Of a stretch of 63,997 bases of DNA, positions 20,381 to 29,117 are shown piece by piece. Position 1 is the stretch's first letter. Every line of letters starts with the position of its first letter. The notes under the pieces are model-generated. The model was given only the letters and a program-made list of their open reading frames with translations, did not search any database and was not told the DNA's origin. Source of the DNA: Pirellulaceae bacterium (GTDB lineage Bacteria > Planctomycetota > Planctomycetia > Pirellulales > Pirellulaceae); assembly GCA_041739545.1 (NCBI GenBank), contig JBGSNR010000042.1, positions 1 through 63,997 on the forward strand, written 5' to 3'. A program made the translations under genes and the position numbers.

Positions 20381-21046
20381 CTAAGAATTGGCTCGCGGTG
20401 CATCAATGTCGTCACGATCCTCTTCCCCTGCTTCGCCTGCCACCGCGGGAGCCGTGTAAGGATTCGCAGCCTTTTCTTGCGTGGTCGGCATTCGACCCGC
20501 CAAAGCACCCTTGGCAGATTTCGCCGCTGCCGTTTTTGCTTTCGGCGGAGCTCCCTTGGGAGCCGTCAACAACACCGTGACCGCACCCGCGGCAACGAGG
20601 ATCAATCCAGCCGCGAAGAACGGACTGATTTCTCCCCATTTCTTATTCACCGTCAACATGATGAAAGTGTTGATCACCGGGGCAGTACCGAACACCAGGG
20701 GCATCACAAACGTCGGCGTTCCGCCGTAGTTCAGCGCTAAGATAATCCCGAATGCCCCGAGTGCTCCAGCGGCACCACCGGCTAAGCTCCAGAAAATGCC
20801 GGTCGTCGTCCAGCCCGAGAACAATCCTTCCCCCTTTTCCTGACCCAGTACCAGCATCAGCAACAGCGGCCCGACGATGGCCACGAAGAAGTAGGCGATC
20901 CCAACGCAGATAAAGGGGCGTAGTCGCCCCGAACCCATGTCGCCATGTCCCCACTGCAACAAGGGTCCGTAACTTCCCCAACACAGGGCAGTGAAGAAGA
21001 TCGTTACGACCACCATCAACATATTGCTCGGACCGGAACTATGCAT
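20381..21046 (-). CDS. hypothetical integral membrane protein (4-5 TM, Lys/Ala-rich tail)
   Basis: Hydrophobic segments (MLMVVVTIFFTALCW, ICVGIAYFFVAIVGPLLLMLVL, IFWSLAGGAAGALGAFGIILAL, GLILVAAGAVTVLL). Confidence 0.55.
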   Translation of the reverse strand: MHSSGPSNMLMVVVTIFFTALCWGSYGPLLQWGHGDMGSGRLRPFICVGIAYFFVAIVGPLLLMLVLGQEKGEGLFSGWTTTGIFWSLAGGAAGALGAFGIILALNYGGTPTFVMPLVFGTAPVINTFIMLTVNKKWGEISPFFAAGLILVAAGAVTVLLTAPKGAPPKAKTAAAKSAKGALAGRMPTTQEKAANPYTAPAVAGEAGEEDRDDIDAPRANS

Positions 21047-21131
21047 CGGAGGGGCTCCAAGGAAGGGCGTACTTTGGTGGCCCCTAGTCTAACATAGTTC
21101 TCCTGGCAGATTGAGCGAAGTTTAAGACCGG

Positions 21132-22763
21132 TTGAGCACTCGTGAATCATGCTGCGGGAATTTCTCCGCGACTTCAGGACGAAATACCGTTTCTTGGGCG
21201 GTTCGCTATATTGACGGCGGCTCGGAACTCACGAAACCGTATATGACTGCACCAAACCCGCCGACTTCCCCTGAAAACGAGACCGCAGCGCCTGCCCGCC
21301 GGCTCTCACTCTTCGATACTACGTGCATCATTGTCGGCATCATCATTGGCTCGGCAATTTTCGAAGCCCTCCCCTTCATCGCCTACAACATGGTCCGCCC
21401 CAGCCATGAGGCCTACGGCTGGTTTGTAGCGTTCACTTCCGGCCGAGGGGAACTAGGGCTAGAAGAAGCGCAGCGGGCCGCCTATCAAGGTGCGGCCGGC
21501 ATCGAGTATGAACTTGTGGCGGGGGCCGGCTTGAGATTCGCCTGGGCTTTGGGTGGTGTACTGGCGCTGATTGGAGCACTCTGTTTCGCGGAGCTGGCGA
21601 CCGCCTATCCGCAAGATGGCGGGAGCTATGTCTATCTCACCCGTGCGTTCGGCCGACGCGTGGGGTTGGCATTCGTGTGGGTCGAATTTCTTCTGGTTCG
21701 ACCTGGCAGCCTGGGTGCGGTTGCGTTTGTCGCTGCCGTTTATGCACAGCAACTGCTACCTCTGCAAACCGTCTGGCTATCACCTGAAACCTGGTGGGCG
21801 ATCATGCTGGTCGCCGCCATCACCCTGGTGAATCTCATTGGGTTTCAGCTTGAAAAGTGGATGCAGAACGGACTCACCCTAGCCAAGGTGCTGGGACTAT
21901 TGACAGTCGCGCTCGTAGCTTGGACCTGGCCAGCACCGCTCGATTACCAGGTTCCCGAAAACCGCTGGCTTAATGGCCCGCCGCAATCGTTCGCCGTGGC
22001 GATGACGTTGATCATGTTCGCCTACGGTGGCTGGAGCGATATGGTTTATGTGGCTGCCGAAGTTCGCGAGCCGAAGAAGAACCTCTTCCGCGCACTACTG
22101 CTCGGCGTTTGCGCGGTGACCGTTATTTACCTCTGTGTCGTTCATGGTTTCCTGTCGGCAGTCCCGTATCGAGGGATCCGCAATGGCTCGGCCGTGGCTG
22201 CCGAAATAATGACGATGCATTTTGGCCCGGCCGGTGGACGATGCATCAGCGCGCTAATCGTTGTCTCGTGCCTGGGTTCGGTGCACGGCATGCTCTTCAC
22301 CAGTTCGCGGGCGTTTTTCGCAGCCGGGAGCGAGCATCGGCTGATCGGCTGGTTGGGAGCTTGGAACAGCCGCCTGGGAGTGCCGTTGCGAGCACTCTTT
22401 GCCCAAGGTGCACTAACCCTTTTGTTGATTGCCGTCTTCGGGCAAACTCAGAACGGATTTCAGCAACTCGTGAATTTTACCGCACCATTTTACTACGGAT
22501 TTTTGGGGCTCGTCGCACTCGGGCTGATCGTGCTTCGTTACCGGGACAAGAAACGCGAACGTCTTTATCAGGTGCCGTTTTATCCCTTCACACCACTCAT
22601 CTTTGGGCTGACCAGCCTGTGGCTCAGTTTTGCGACCACCCAATACCTGATTGACAATCTGCGCGGCTGGCAGTGGGCTTGGGTTGCAGTCGTGATCGGC
22701 TCGGCAGCAATCGCGCTGGCAATAGACCGCCCACGCGAAGCGAACCTGATCAAGCAGCCCTAG
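21132..22763 (+). CDS. APC-family amino acid permease
   Basis: FAELATAYPQDGGSYVYLTRAFG consensus and 12 predicted TM helices. The probable true start is ATG 21243 (MTAPNPP). A ~60-aa insertion lies between TM1 and the conserved TM2 motif. Confidence 0.85.
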   Translation: MSTRESCCGNFSATSGRNTVSWAVRYIDGGSELTKPYMTAPNPPTSPENETAAPARRLSLFDTTCIIVGIIIGSAIFEALPFIAYNMVRPSHEAYGWFVAFTSGRGELGLEEAQRAAYQGAAGIEYELVAGAGLRFAWALGGVLALIGALCFAELATAYPQDGGSYVYLTRAFGRRVGLAFVWVEFLLVRPGSLGAVAFVAAVYAQQLLPLQTVWLSPETWWAIMLVAAITLVNLIGFQLEKWMQNGLTLAKVLGLLTVALVAWTWPAPLDYQVPENRWLNGPPQSFAVAMTLIMFAYGGWSDMVYVAAEVREPKKNLFRALLLGVCAVTVIYLCVVHGFLSAVPYRGIRNGSAVAAEIMTMHFGPAGGRCISALIVVSCLGSVHGMLFTSSRAFFAAGSEHRLIGWLGAWNSRLGVPLRALFAQGALTLLLIAVFGQTQNGFQQLVNFTAPFYYGFLGLVALGLIVLRYRDKKRERLYQVPFYPFTPLIFGLTSLWLSFATTQYLIDNLRGWQWAWVAVVIGSAAIALAIDRPREANLIKQP

Positions 22764-22788
22764 ACCCGTAGGAAAAAGCCGCGACCAA

Positions 22789-23220
22789 CTACTTCGTTAA
22801 TGCGAAGTCTTTGCTGCCGCTGCTCTTCACTTCATAGGTGAGCGTTGTGTTGTCGTTGTACTGGGCTGGAATATAAGCTTCCGTCTCTTCGATCATGGGG
22901 GAATTGGGATCGCCGGCATAGGCAGGGGTCGATTTTCCCGTCTTTCGCTGGCCGGTGATCTTCACGCGTTTGTTGCCGCGGGGCACATCCAACACTTCAT
23001 ACTTGCCGTTGATGATTGCACCTTCGGCCGAGGGAGTTCTTCCTTCCGCGTCTTCAAAGGAAATCGCTCCCATCTCGACGGGCTGACCATCATAGGTGAC
23101 TTGCCCCGTAAGCTTGACGGGCCCACTTGAATCACAACCAGCTAGAGCCACGATCCCCAATAACAAAGTAGCCGTAAGAAATCGAAAACGGTTCAAGCCG
23201 ACCAACAACAAGGAATTCAT
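22789..23220 (-). CDS. small lipoprotein (carboxypeptidase-regulatory-like beta-sandwich), DUF1559 partner
   Basis: Lipobox LAGC, then GQVTYDGQPVEMGAISFED. It lies 66 bp downstream of the DUF1559 gene on the same strand. Confidence 0.7.
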   Translation of the reverse strand: MNSLLLVGLNRFRFLTATLLLGIVALAGCDSSGPVKLTGQVTYDGQPVEMGAISFEDAEGRTPSAEGAIINGKYEVLDVPRGNKRVKITGQRKTGKSTPAYAGDPNSPMIEETEAYIPAQYNDNTTLTYEVKSSGSKDFALTK

Positions 23221-23286
23221 AGCGCGATAGTTCCCAGGACCAAACGAAGAGGTGGAATCTAGATTAGTAGCCGACCATCAGCGACA

Positions 23287-24222
23287 TTACGGCAAAGCCG
23301 CGGTCTCACCGCCGCTCGATGAGCCAATCGCTCGCCACACGGTTGCGGCGATATTGTTGGAAACGAACGTACACGAGCCATCTCCCATCCCGACATTCAC
23401 ACCGTTGATATGCTGCGAGCGGGCCGATACTGCGGCCGCGTTCGCAGTGTGATTGAATCGCGAGCCATTCGAAACACACGGCGGCGGGAATCGCGTCCCT
23501 GGAACGGGAGTGCAGATCTTGCAAGAATCCACCCCAGCATTAGGAGTATTCGCCGTCGAGAAGAAATGCCCATCGTCGTCATTGTGCACATCTCCACGGC
23601 AATCCCACTGGTTATCCTGCGCGGCCATGATGATCTCGCTCATGAAGAGCGTGTTTGACAGGCCATCCGTGATGTCCGAGAAACGATGAATCTCTCTAAA
23701 GCCGAACGGGGCTGAATACTCTTGAGCAATCGTCGAACGGGTATTTCCGTAATTGACAACGTAGTTCCCGCGCGTCCGCCAATAGGTATCCCCAGTCCAT
23801 TTTGCTTTGCTGCCCCGATCGCTAGGGCAATACATCGCAGGGAAGGCGGCGTTGTATAACACCCCAGTGGTCGAATTGGCCACAATGTTCGGCGGCAGAT
23901 AAAAATCGATACTGAAATCGTACTGCGAGGCCACGTTCATCTGCTCGATGAAGGGAGTCATCCCGATCACCCACGTGTGCCGCTTCATACCGGGAAGCCC
24001 ATTCAAGTCCGTGGCCCCAATCGGCATCGCCTTCAACACATCGTGGTAGTTGTGAATGGCCAGCCCCCACTGCTTGAAGTTGTTCACACACTGCGCCCGT
24101 CGCGCGGAAGCTCTCGCCGACTGCACGGCCGGCAATAACAGGGCCACCAAAATACCGATGATTGCAATGACGACTAGTAGCTCTACCAGGGTAAAGCCAC
24201 GACGCTCAGGGCGCGAAAACAT
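23287..24222 (-). CDS. prepilin-type N-terminal cleavage/methylation domain protein, DUF1559 (H-X9-DG) family
   Basis: [40 protein letters not shown]-terminus. C-terminal [23 protein letters not shown] contains the H-X9-DG motif. Confidence 0.88.
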   Translation of the reverse strand: MFSRPERRGFTLVELLVVIAIIGILVALLLPAVQSARASARRAQCVNNFKQWGLAIHNYHDVLKAMPIGATDLNGLPGMKRHTWVIGMTPFIEQMNVASQYDFSIDFYLPPNIVANSTTGVLYNAAFPAMYCPSDRGSKAKWTGDTYWRTRGNYVVNYGNTRSTIAQEYSAPFGFREIHRFSDITDGLSNTLFMSEIIMAAQDNQWDCRGDVHNDDDGHFFSTANTPNAGVDSCKICTPVPGTRFPPPCVSNGSRFNHTANAAAVSARSQHINGVNVGMGDGSCTFVSNNIAATVWRAIGSSSGGETAALP

Positions 24223-24477
24223 AGGAGAATTCCAGGACGAAAAGGTTCAGTCAATACCGTCAAATGAAAAGAACGGAGATTTCCGTAGTCTACGGTATCG
24301 AATCGCGCAACTCTAGTTCTTAATCGGATTCGGTCTCCGATTTTTTGCAGTTCAAGCAATCAATCTAGCTGACAGTAGGTCAATCCTTACCAATCGGTTG
24401 TTTGTGCTGAATGCTTCGCTGCGATACCGCCGGGAAAGTCCGCGGCAGTAGTTTGCCTAGTGGCGACGCGCGAATCG

Positions 24478-25008
24478 TTAGCGGCAGCGGCGTTGACGGC
24501 CACACCGCCGGGCAGGTCGTTGCTCGCAGGGTGAACAAGTTGCCTCGCAAACAGGGGAACTAGTTACTGGGCAACAGCTTGGTGTCGTCTCCACGCATTC
24601 GTTGTAAACGGCCGCAGGGGGAACTTCGGCAGTTGGCGTTCCCGCTTCTGGCTCGGCTGGAGGGGGGGGCGGAACTGCGTCAGTTTGTGGCTCAACGGGT
24701 GGCTTGGGGGGGGCAATATCCGATGGTGAGGCAGGCCCTTCTTCATCCGCCGAGGGTCTCGGCGGTGCAGCGGGAGCTTCAGGGGGAACTGGAGGTGCTG
24801 CCGAAGGAGCGGCGGGTGCTGCAGGCGTTTCTGGTGCAGCGGGAGCTTCCGGCGGCGCAGGAGGGGCTGGAGCCGCTTCTGCGGGAGCAGCCGGCTCTTG
24901 TATCAGGATCAAGGCGGCCGCGAATGCTGAACGCCCCTCCGAACCTGGCACCACCGCGACCACGGTTAGTCCCACCGACAAAACGATCAATAAGTAACGC
25001 GCCTGCAT
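24478..25008 (-). CDS. secreted Pro/Ala-rich protein with Cys-rich C-terminus
   Basis: Signal peptide, (PAAP/PEAP)n low complexity, and a C-terminal CCPVTSSPVCEATCSPCE cluster. Confidence 0.5.
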   Translation of the reverse strand: MQARYLLIVLSVGLTVVAVVPGSEGRSAFAAALILIQEPAAPAEAAPAPPAPPEAPAAPETPAAPAAPSAAPPVPPEAPAAPPRPSADEEGPASPSDIAPPKPPVEPQTDAVPPPPPAEPEAGTPTAEVPPAAVYNECVETTPSCCPVTSSPVCEATCSPCEQRPARRCGRQRRCR

Positions 25009-25132
25009 GATTTAAATCTCCTCAAATGCGGAAAGGCCCCAGATTCCTCAACCCCTTCCATCGTAAGGGACGACTTCTCCTGCCGGCAAGCCTTACCCGC
25101 CTGCCGCCGCCCCACAAACCCTCTAAAATGCT

Positions 25133-26302
25133 GTGGTTACGAACAATTCACGTTCGCCGAATCGCTTCAGTTCCTCGTTCATTTTCCGCCAAACCGCCAT
25201 GCATCCTTGGATCGCCGACCGTACTAAAGCCTTCGATTCCAGCGGCATTCGCAAAGTCTTCGACCTGGCCGCGAAAATGAAGGATCCCATCAACCTCTCC
25301 ATCGGCCAACCCGATTTCGACGTCCCCGAGCCGATCAAAGCCAGTTGCATCCAGGCGATTCAGGAAGGGCGGAACGCCTACGCCCTGACCCAAGGGATGC
25401 CCGTCCTGCGCGACAAACTCCAGGGACAAGTCGATGCCGAATACGGACACGCGGACCGCAAATTGTTCGTCAGTTCTGGCACCAGCGGCGGTTTGTCCCT
25501 CGCGATGTGGTCGCTGATTAATCCGGGGGACGAGGTCATTATCTTCGACCCCTATTTCGTGATGTATCCCTCGCTGACCAAGCTTGTCGGCGGTGTGCCG
25601 GTGCTGATCGATACCTACCCCGATTTCCGCATCGACGTCGCCAAGGTCAAGGCCGCAATTACGCCTAAAACGAAACTGGTGCTTCTCAACAGCCCGGCCA
25701 ATCCCACAGGAGTCGTTGCCCAGGAAGCGGAGGTTCGCGATCTGGCCGAATTGTGTGCGGAACGAAACATCGCCCTCCTTTCGGACGAAATCTACCGCTC
25801 GTTTTGTTACGACGAACCGTTCGTCTCGCCTGCGAAGTTCAACGACAAGACGATCGTTATCGACGGCTTTTCGAAAAGCCACGCCATGACCGGCTGGCGC
25901 CTTGGCTTTGTGCATGGTCCGGGGGAAGTGATCGACACGATGCTCAAGCTGCAGCAGTACACGTTCGTCTGCGCGCCGCAGCCGGTTCAATGGGCGGGAG
26001 CGACAGCTCTCGATATGGACATGTCTTCCTACGTGGACACCTATCGCGCCAAGCGAGACCGCATCGTTGCCGGCCTGCAAGGCGTGCTGGAACTGACCAC
26101 CCCGGGCGGGGCTTTTTACGCGTTCCCTAAAGCACCTGCCGGGAGCCTGGGAAGCGAGTTTGTGACCCGCGCGATCGAAAACAACTTGCTCATCATTCCT
26201 GGAAACATTTTCAGCACTCGGGATACCCATTTTCGAATCTCCTATGCCGCCAGCGATGCCACCATCGACCGTGGCCTCGAGGTCCTGCGGAAATTGGCCT
26301 GA
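25133..26302 (+). CDS. class I/II PLP-dependent aminotransferase (aspartate aminotransferase-like)
   Basis: SIGQPDF, SGTSGG, NSPANPTG, and FSKSHAMTGWRLGF (PLP-lysine region). Probable start is ATG 25199 (MHPWIAD). The antisense ORF 25148..26326 is rejected as a low-complexity R/G-rich mirror. Confidence 0.88.
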   Translation: MVTNNSRSPNRFSSSFIFRQTAMHPWIADRTKAFDSSGIRKVFDLAAKMKDPINLSIGQPDFDVPEPIKASCIQAIQEGRNAYALTQGMPVLRDKLQGQVDAEYGHADRKLFVSSGTSGGLSLAMWSLINPGDEVIIFDPYFVMYPSLTKLVGGVPVLIDTYPDFRIDVAKVKAAITPKTKLVLLNSPANPTGVVAQEAEVRDLAELCAERNIALLSDEIYRSFCYDEPFVSPAKFNDKTIVIDGFSKSHAMTGWRLGFVHGPGEVIDTMLKLQQYTFVCAPQPVQWAGATALDMDMSSYVDTYRAKRDRIVAGLQGVLELTTPGGAFYAFPKAPAGSLGSEFVTRAIENNLLIIPGNIFSTRDTHFRISYAASDATIDRGLEVLRKLA

Positions 26303-26328
26303 GTCCCCATATCTCTTTCCGAACAACC

Positions 26329-26362
26329 GGTGCTAGCACCTCACAAAACTGGTGCTAGCACC
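26329..26362. promoter_or_regulatory. tandem pair of perfect 12-bp palindromes GGTGCTAGCACC, 22 bp centre to centre (putative operator or palindromic element)
   Basis: Exact palindrome at 26329-26340 and again at 26351-26362, separated by TCACAAAACT, in the intergenic region 27 bp after the aminotransferase stop. Confidence 0.5.
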
Positions 26363-26711
26363 CATTTTGGAAACCCTTTCCACCGCTTTCGCATCGCAAT
26401 AAACCCCTGTCTGGCAATCGTTTGCGACAAGAAGTGCATTCCTGGCTGTTAGCGCGTATTTCAGGGGGTTTGCATATCGATTTGGCACCTTAGAGCTGGC
26501 ATTTGACCACCGGCCACAACCCGCCCTGAAGGTTACCGCAATGCGGCCACACCTGACACGGCGCGTCGCATTCGACCTATTTTATTCAATTGTTATTGTA
26601 CACTATGACTAATAGTTAGTAATCAATGAATTAATAACTCTGCGATTTTTATGAGCGCGCCAAACCAGCTGGTGACCTGAATTATACTGGTCGCAAATCG
26701 TCGCTTTCAAA

Positions 26712-27638
26712 ATGGTGTCAGGAGGGTTCAAGATGACTGATGTCGGGAACGAGTTTCCGCTTTTGTCTGCAATCGAAACGGCATCCGATGGGACCGCGCT
26801 GGTGGCCCATGCGCTGCTCGATCCGCAGTCGGACCCGTTTCTTGCCGATCATCAATACAAAGGGGCACCGATCCTCCCCGCAGCGGCCATTCTGGAGCTT
26901 TTCGCGCAAGCCACCCTCGCCTTTTCTCCGCAGCAGCGGGTCGCAGGATTCTCAGCCGTCCGCTTTCATCTTGGACTGAGACTTTTCCAGCAGCGATCGG
27001 AATCGGTGCGAATCGTCGTTACACCGCTCGGACCGTCGCGGGTTACCTGTCAGCTAAGGCACGATTTTCAAAATAGCCGGGGAATGGTGGTCGACGCGAA
27101 TCGACTCTACGCGACCGGCATTGTGGAACTGGAACCGCGCGGAGCCGAACCCTACGCGGTGGTCCCTCTTCCGCCGGACGAAGCCATGAAAAACGTCAAC
27201 TACGTCGACGATGCCCGGATGTGGTTCGGCCCAGGGATGCGCTGTTTGCAGAAGTTGACCTGGCAAGGCACCACCGGGTCGGGCGAAATCATCGCGGACT
27301 CCTTGCTCGGACTGGGAGGGCGTCAGGGAGATCGCTGGTGCCTGTCTCCTGCCGTTTTTGATGCCTCCCTGGTGGGCTGCGCCGTTTACATGGCAGAGAC
27401 CGGTTCGGCCCTGCAAATGCCGAACGAAATGGAGTCCATTCGCCTGGGAACCCGCTTCGCCCACGCTGGCGAACGCTGCCGGATCGCCTTCCGTTTTTTG
27501 GGTCTGCAAAATGGCCGATCGGTCTTTGAATGGTCGCTGTTCGGCGCGGGTGGAGCGATTCTTTGTACCGCCACCGGCTATCACTGCGATCTAGTCGTCG
27601 GCAAGCCGGGGGAATGCTTGTTGGGGGCGCGAGTCTGA
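26712..27638 (+). CDS. standalone polyketide-synthase-type dehydratase (double hot-dog) domain protein
   Basis: FLADHQYKGAPILPAAAILELFAQA matches the PKS DH HxxxGxxxxP motif. A later LSPAVFDASLVGCAVYM resembles the DH DxxxQ region. Probable start is 26733 (MTDVGNE). Confidence 0.6.
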   Translation: MVSGGFKMTDVGNEFPLLSAIETASDGTALVAHALLDPQSDPFLADHQYKGAPILPAAAILELFAQATLAFSPQQRVAGFSAVRFHLGLRLFQQRSESVRIVVTPLGPSRVTCQLRHDFQNSRGMVVDANRLYATGIVELEPRGAEPYAVVPLPPDEAMKNVNYVDDARMWFGPGMRCLQKLTWQGTTGSGEIIADSLLGLGGRQGDRWCLSPAVFDASLVGCAVYMAETGSALQMPNEMESIRLGTRFAHAGERCRIAFRFLGLQNGRSVFEWSLFGAGGAILCTATGYHCDLVVGKPGECLLGARV

Positions 27639-27654
27639 CTCGATTTGCAAAACG

Positions 27655-28515
27655 TTACCGCTTCAATCCCAGCTTTTCCCACTCGCCTGCCTCCAGCAAC
27701 GTCTGGGCAGCTTCGACTTCCTGGTAGTAGTCCCGCCGTTCAAGTTGGCGGGCGGCTCCTTCGTCAAAAATGCAAATCGCATCACGATGAAACTGCAAAG
27801 CCGAGGCGGTGATCTGCGCGGTTACCGGCCCTTCGACAGTCGCTTTCGCCGCAGCCGATTTATGCTCGCCAAAGGCGAGGAGCAAACACCCGCGGCTCTC
27901 CAGAATCGTGCCGACTCCCATCGTCACTGCCAGGCGCGGCACTTGATCTTCGCTGCCGAAGAAGCGAGCGTTGTCTCGAATCGTTTCGCTCGTCAGCGAC
28001 TTTAGCCGCGTACGACTCCCTAGCGAGGAGCCCGGCTCATTGAACGCGATATGGCCATCCGCCCCCAGCCCCAATAACTGCAGGTCGATTCCCCCTGCCT
28101 TCTTAATTTGCTCTTCGTACTCGGAGCACGCTGCCGGGAAATCTTGCGCCAGTCCGTCGGGAACATGCGTTTTCTCAGCTGGAATATTGAGCTGGTTGAA
28201 CAACGATTCCTGCATGAAGTGGCGATAGCTTTGCGGATGGGTCGGCGGCAGCCCCACGTATTCGTCCAGATTGAACGTCGTCACTTGGGAGAAATCGAGC
28301 CCCTCCTCGCGATGCAGGCGAATCAGTTCGCGATAGGTGGGGAGCGGGGTACTCCCGGTGGCCAAGCCCAGTACGCAGTCCGGCTTACGGCGAACCAGGT
28401 CAGCAATAAAACGGGCCGCGCGGCGGCTGGCACTTTCGGGATCGGTTTGAATGATGACGCGCATGGCAAATTCCCAAGTAGTTGGCGCTCGGAGCGAAGC
28501 TAATACTATAGGCAT
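27655..28515 (-). CDS. nagB: glucosamine-6-phosphate deaminase
   Basis: MRVIIQTDPESASRRAARFIADLVRRKPDCVLGLATGSTPLPTY...TTFNLDEYVGL. Probable start is 28464. Confidence 0.9.
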   Translation of the reverse strand: MPIVLASLRAPTTWEFAMRVIIQTDPESASRRAARFIADLVRRKPDCVLGLATGSTPLPTYRELIRLHREEGLDFSQVTTFNLDEYVGLPPTHPQSYRHFMQESLFNQLNIPAEKTHVPDGLAQDFPAACSEYEEQIKKAGGIDLQLLGLGADGHIAFNEPGSSLGSRTRLKSLTSETIRDNARFFGSEDQVPRLAVTMGVGTILESRGCLLLAFGEHKSAAAKATVEGPVTAQITASALQFHRDAICIFDEGAARQLERRDYYQEVEAAQTLLEAGEWEKLGLKR

Positions 28516-28517
28516 TC

Positions 28518-29009
28518 TTGCTGACGGCGCCCGCGCAACGGTTTAGACTATCTGCGGCGGCACTTCCCGGCTCTTCGTTCCCCCTTCCTTCCTTCGAATT
28601 TATGCACCTTCGGCAGACCCTTTTCGCGGCCATTCTTCCCATGGTATTGCTCGTCGGCTGCGGCCCCGGGGATGGCCTGGTTCACGTCGCCGGCAAGATC
28701 ACCCGCGACGGCGGTAGCTGGCCCACGCATGGCGTGGTTTACTTCGCTTGCGAAGAAGTTGCCCCAGGGTTCGATATGCAAATGGGGCAGGCCGAGATTA
28801 GTTCTGACGGCAGTTACAGCGTGGACCTGGTCCCGGGCAAATACGTGCTGAACCTCGAAATATGGGAAGTTCCCCCCGGCGAAGATCCCACTGCTGCCAA
28901 GAGCTACGTTCCGGCAGATTACCAGTCAGGAGTGAAGAGTGGGTTCACGCTCGAAGTTCCCGTGGGAAGTGGACGGCTGAAGAAGGACTTTGATGTCCCC
29001 ACGAAGTAA
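28518..29009 (+). CDS. small lipoprotein (same family as the 22789..23220 DUF1559 partner), solitary
   Basis: MHLRQTLFAAILPMVLLVGC lipobox (probable start 28602), then GKITRDGGSWPTHGVVYF...SYSVDLVPGKYVLNLE beta-sandwich. Confidence 0.65.
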   Translation: MLTAPAQRFRLSAAALPGSSFPLPSFEFMHLRQTLFAAILPMVLLVGCGPGDGLVHVAGKITRDGGSWPTHGVVYFACEEVAPGFDMQMGQAEISSDGSYSVDLVPGKYVLNLEIWEVPPGEDPTAAKSYVPADYQSGVKSGFTLEVPVGSGRLKKDFDVPTK

Positions 29010-29117
29010 CTCAGGCACGCACAGTCCGTATTGCAGGGTCCGCCCACTGCTTTTACTTGAATCGCCGTTCCGCAACCGCTAACCTGCAGTGCAGCCTTTC
29101 TCCGCATTTCCCTCGGC

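Noticed and set aside
25148-26326. 392-aa antisense ORF fully overlapping the aminotransferase gene
   Set aside because: Its translation is R/G/A-rich low complexity, typical of GC-rich antisense frames. The + strand product has clear PLP-aminotransferase motifs.
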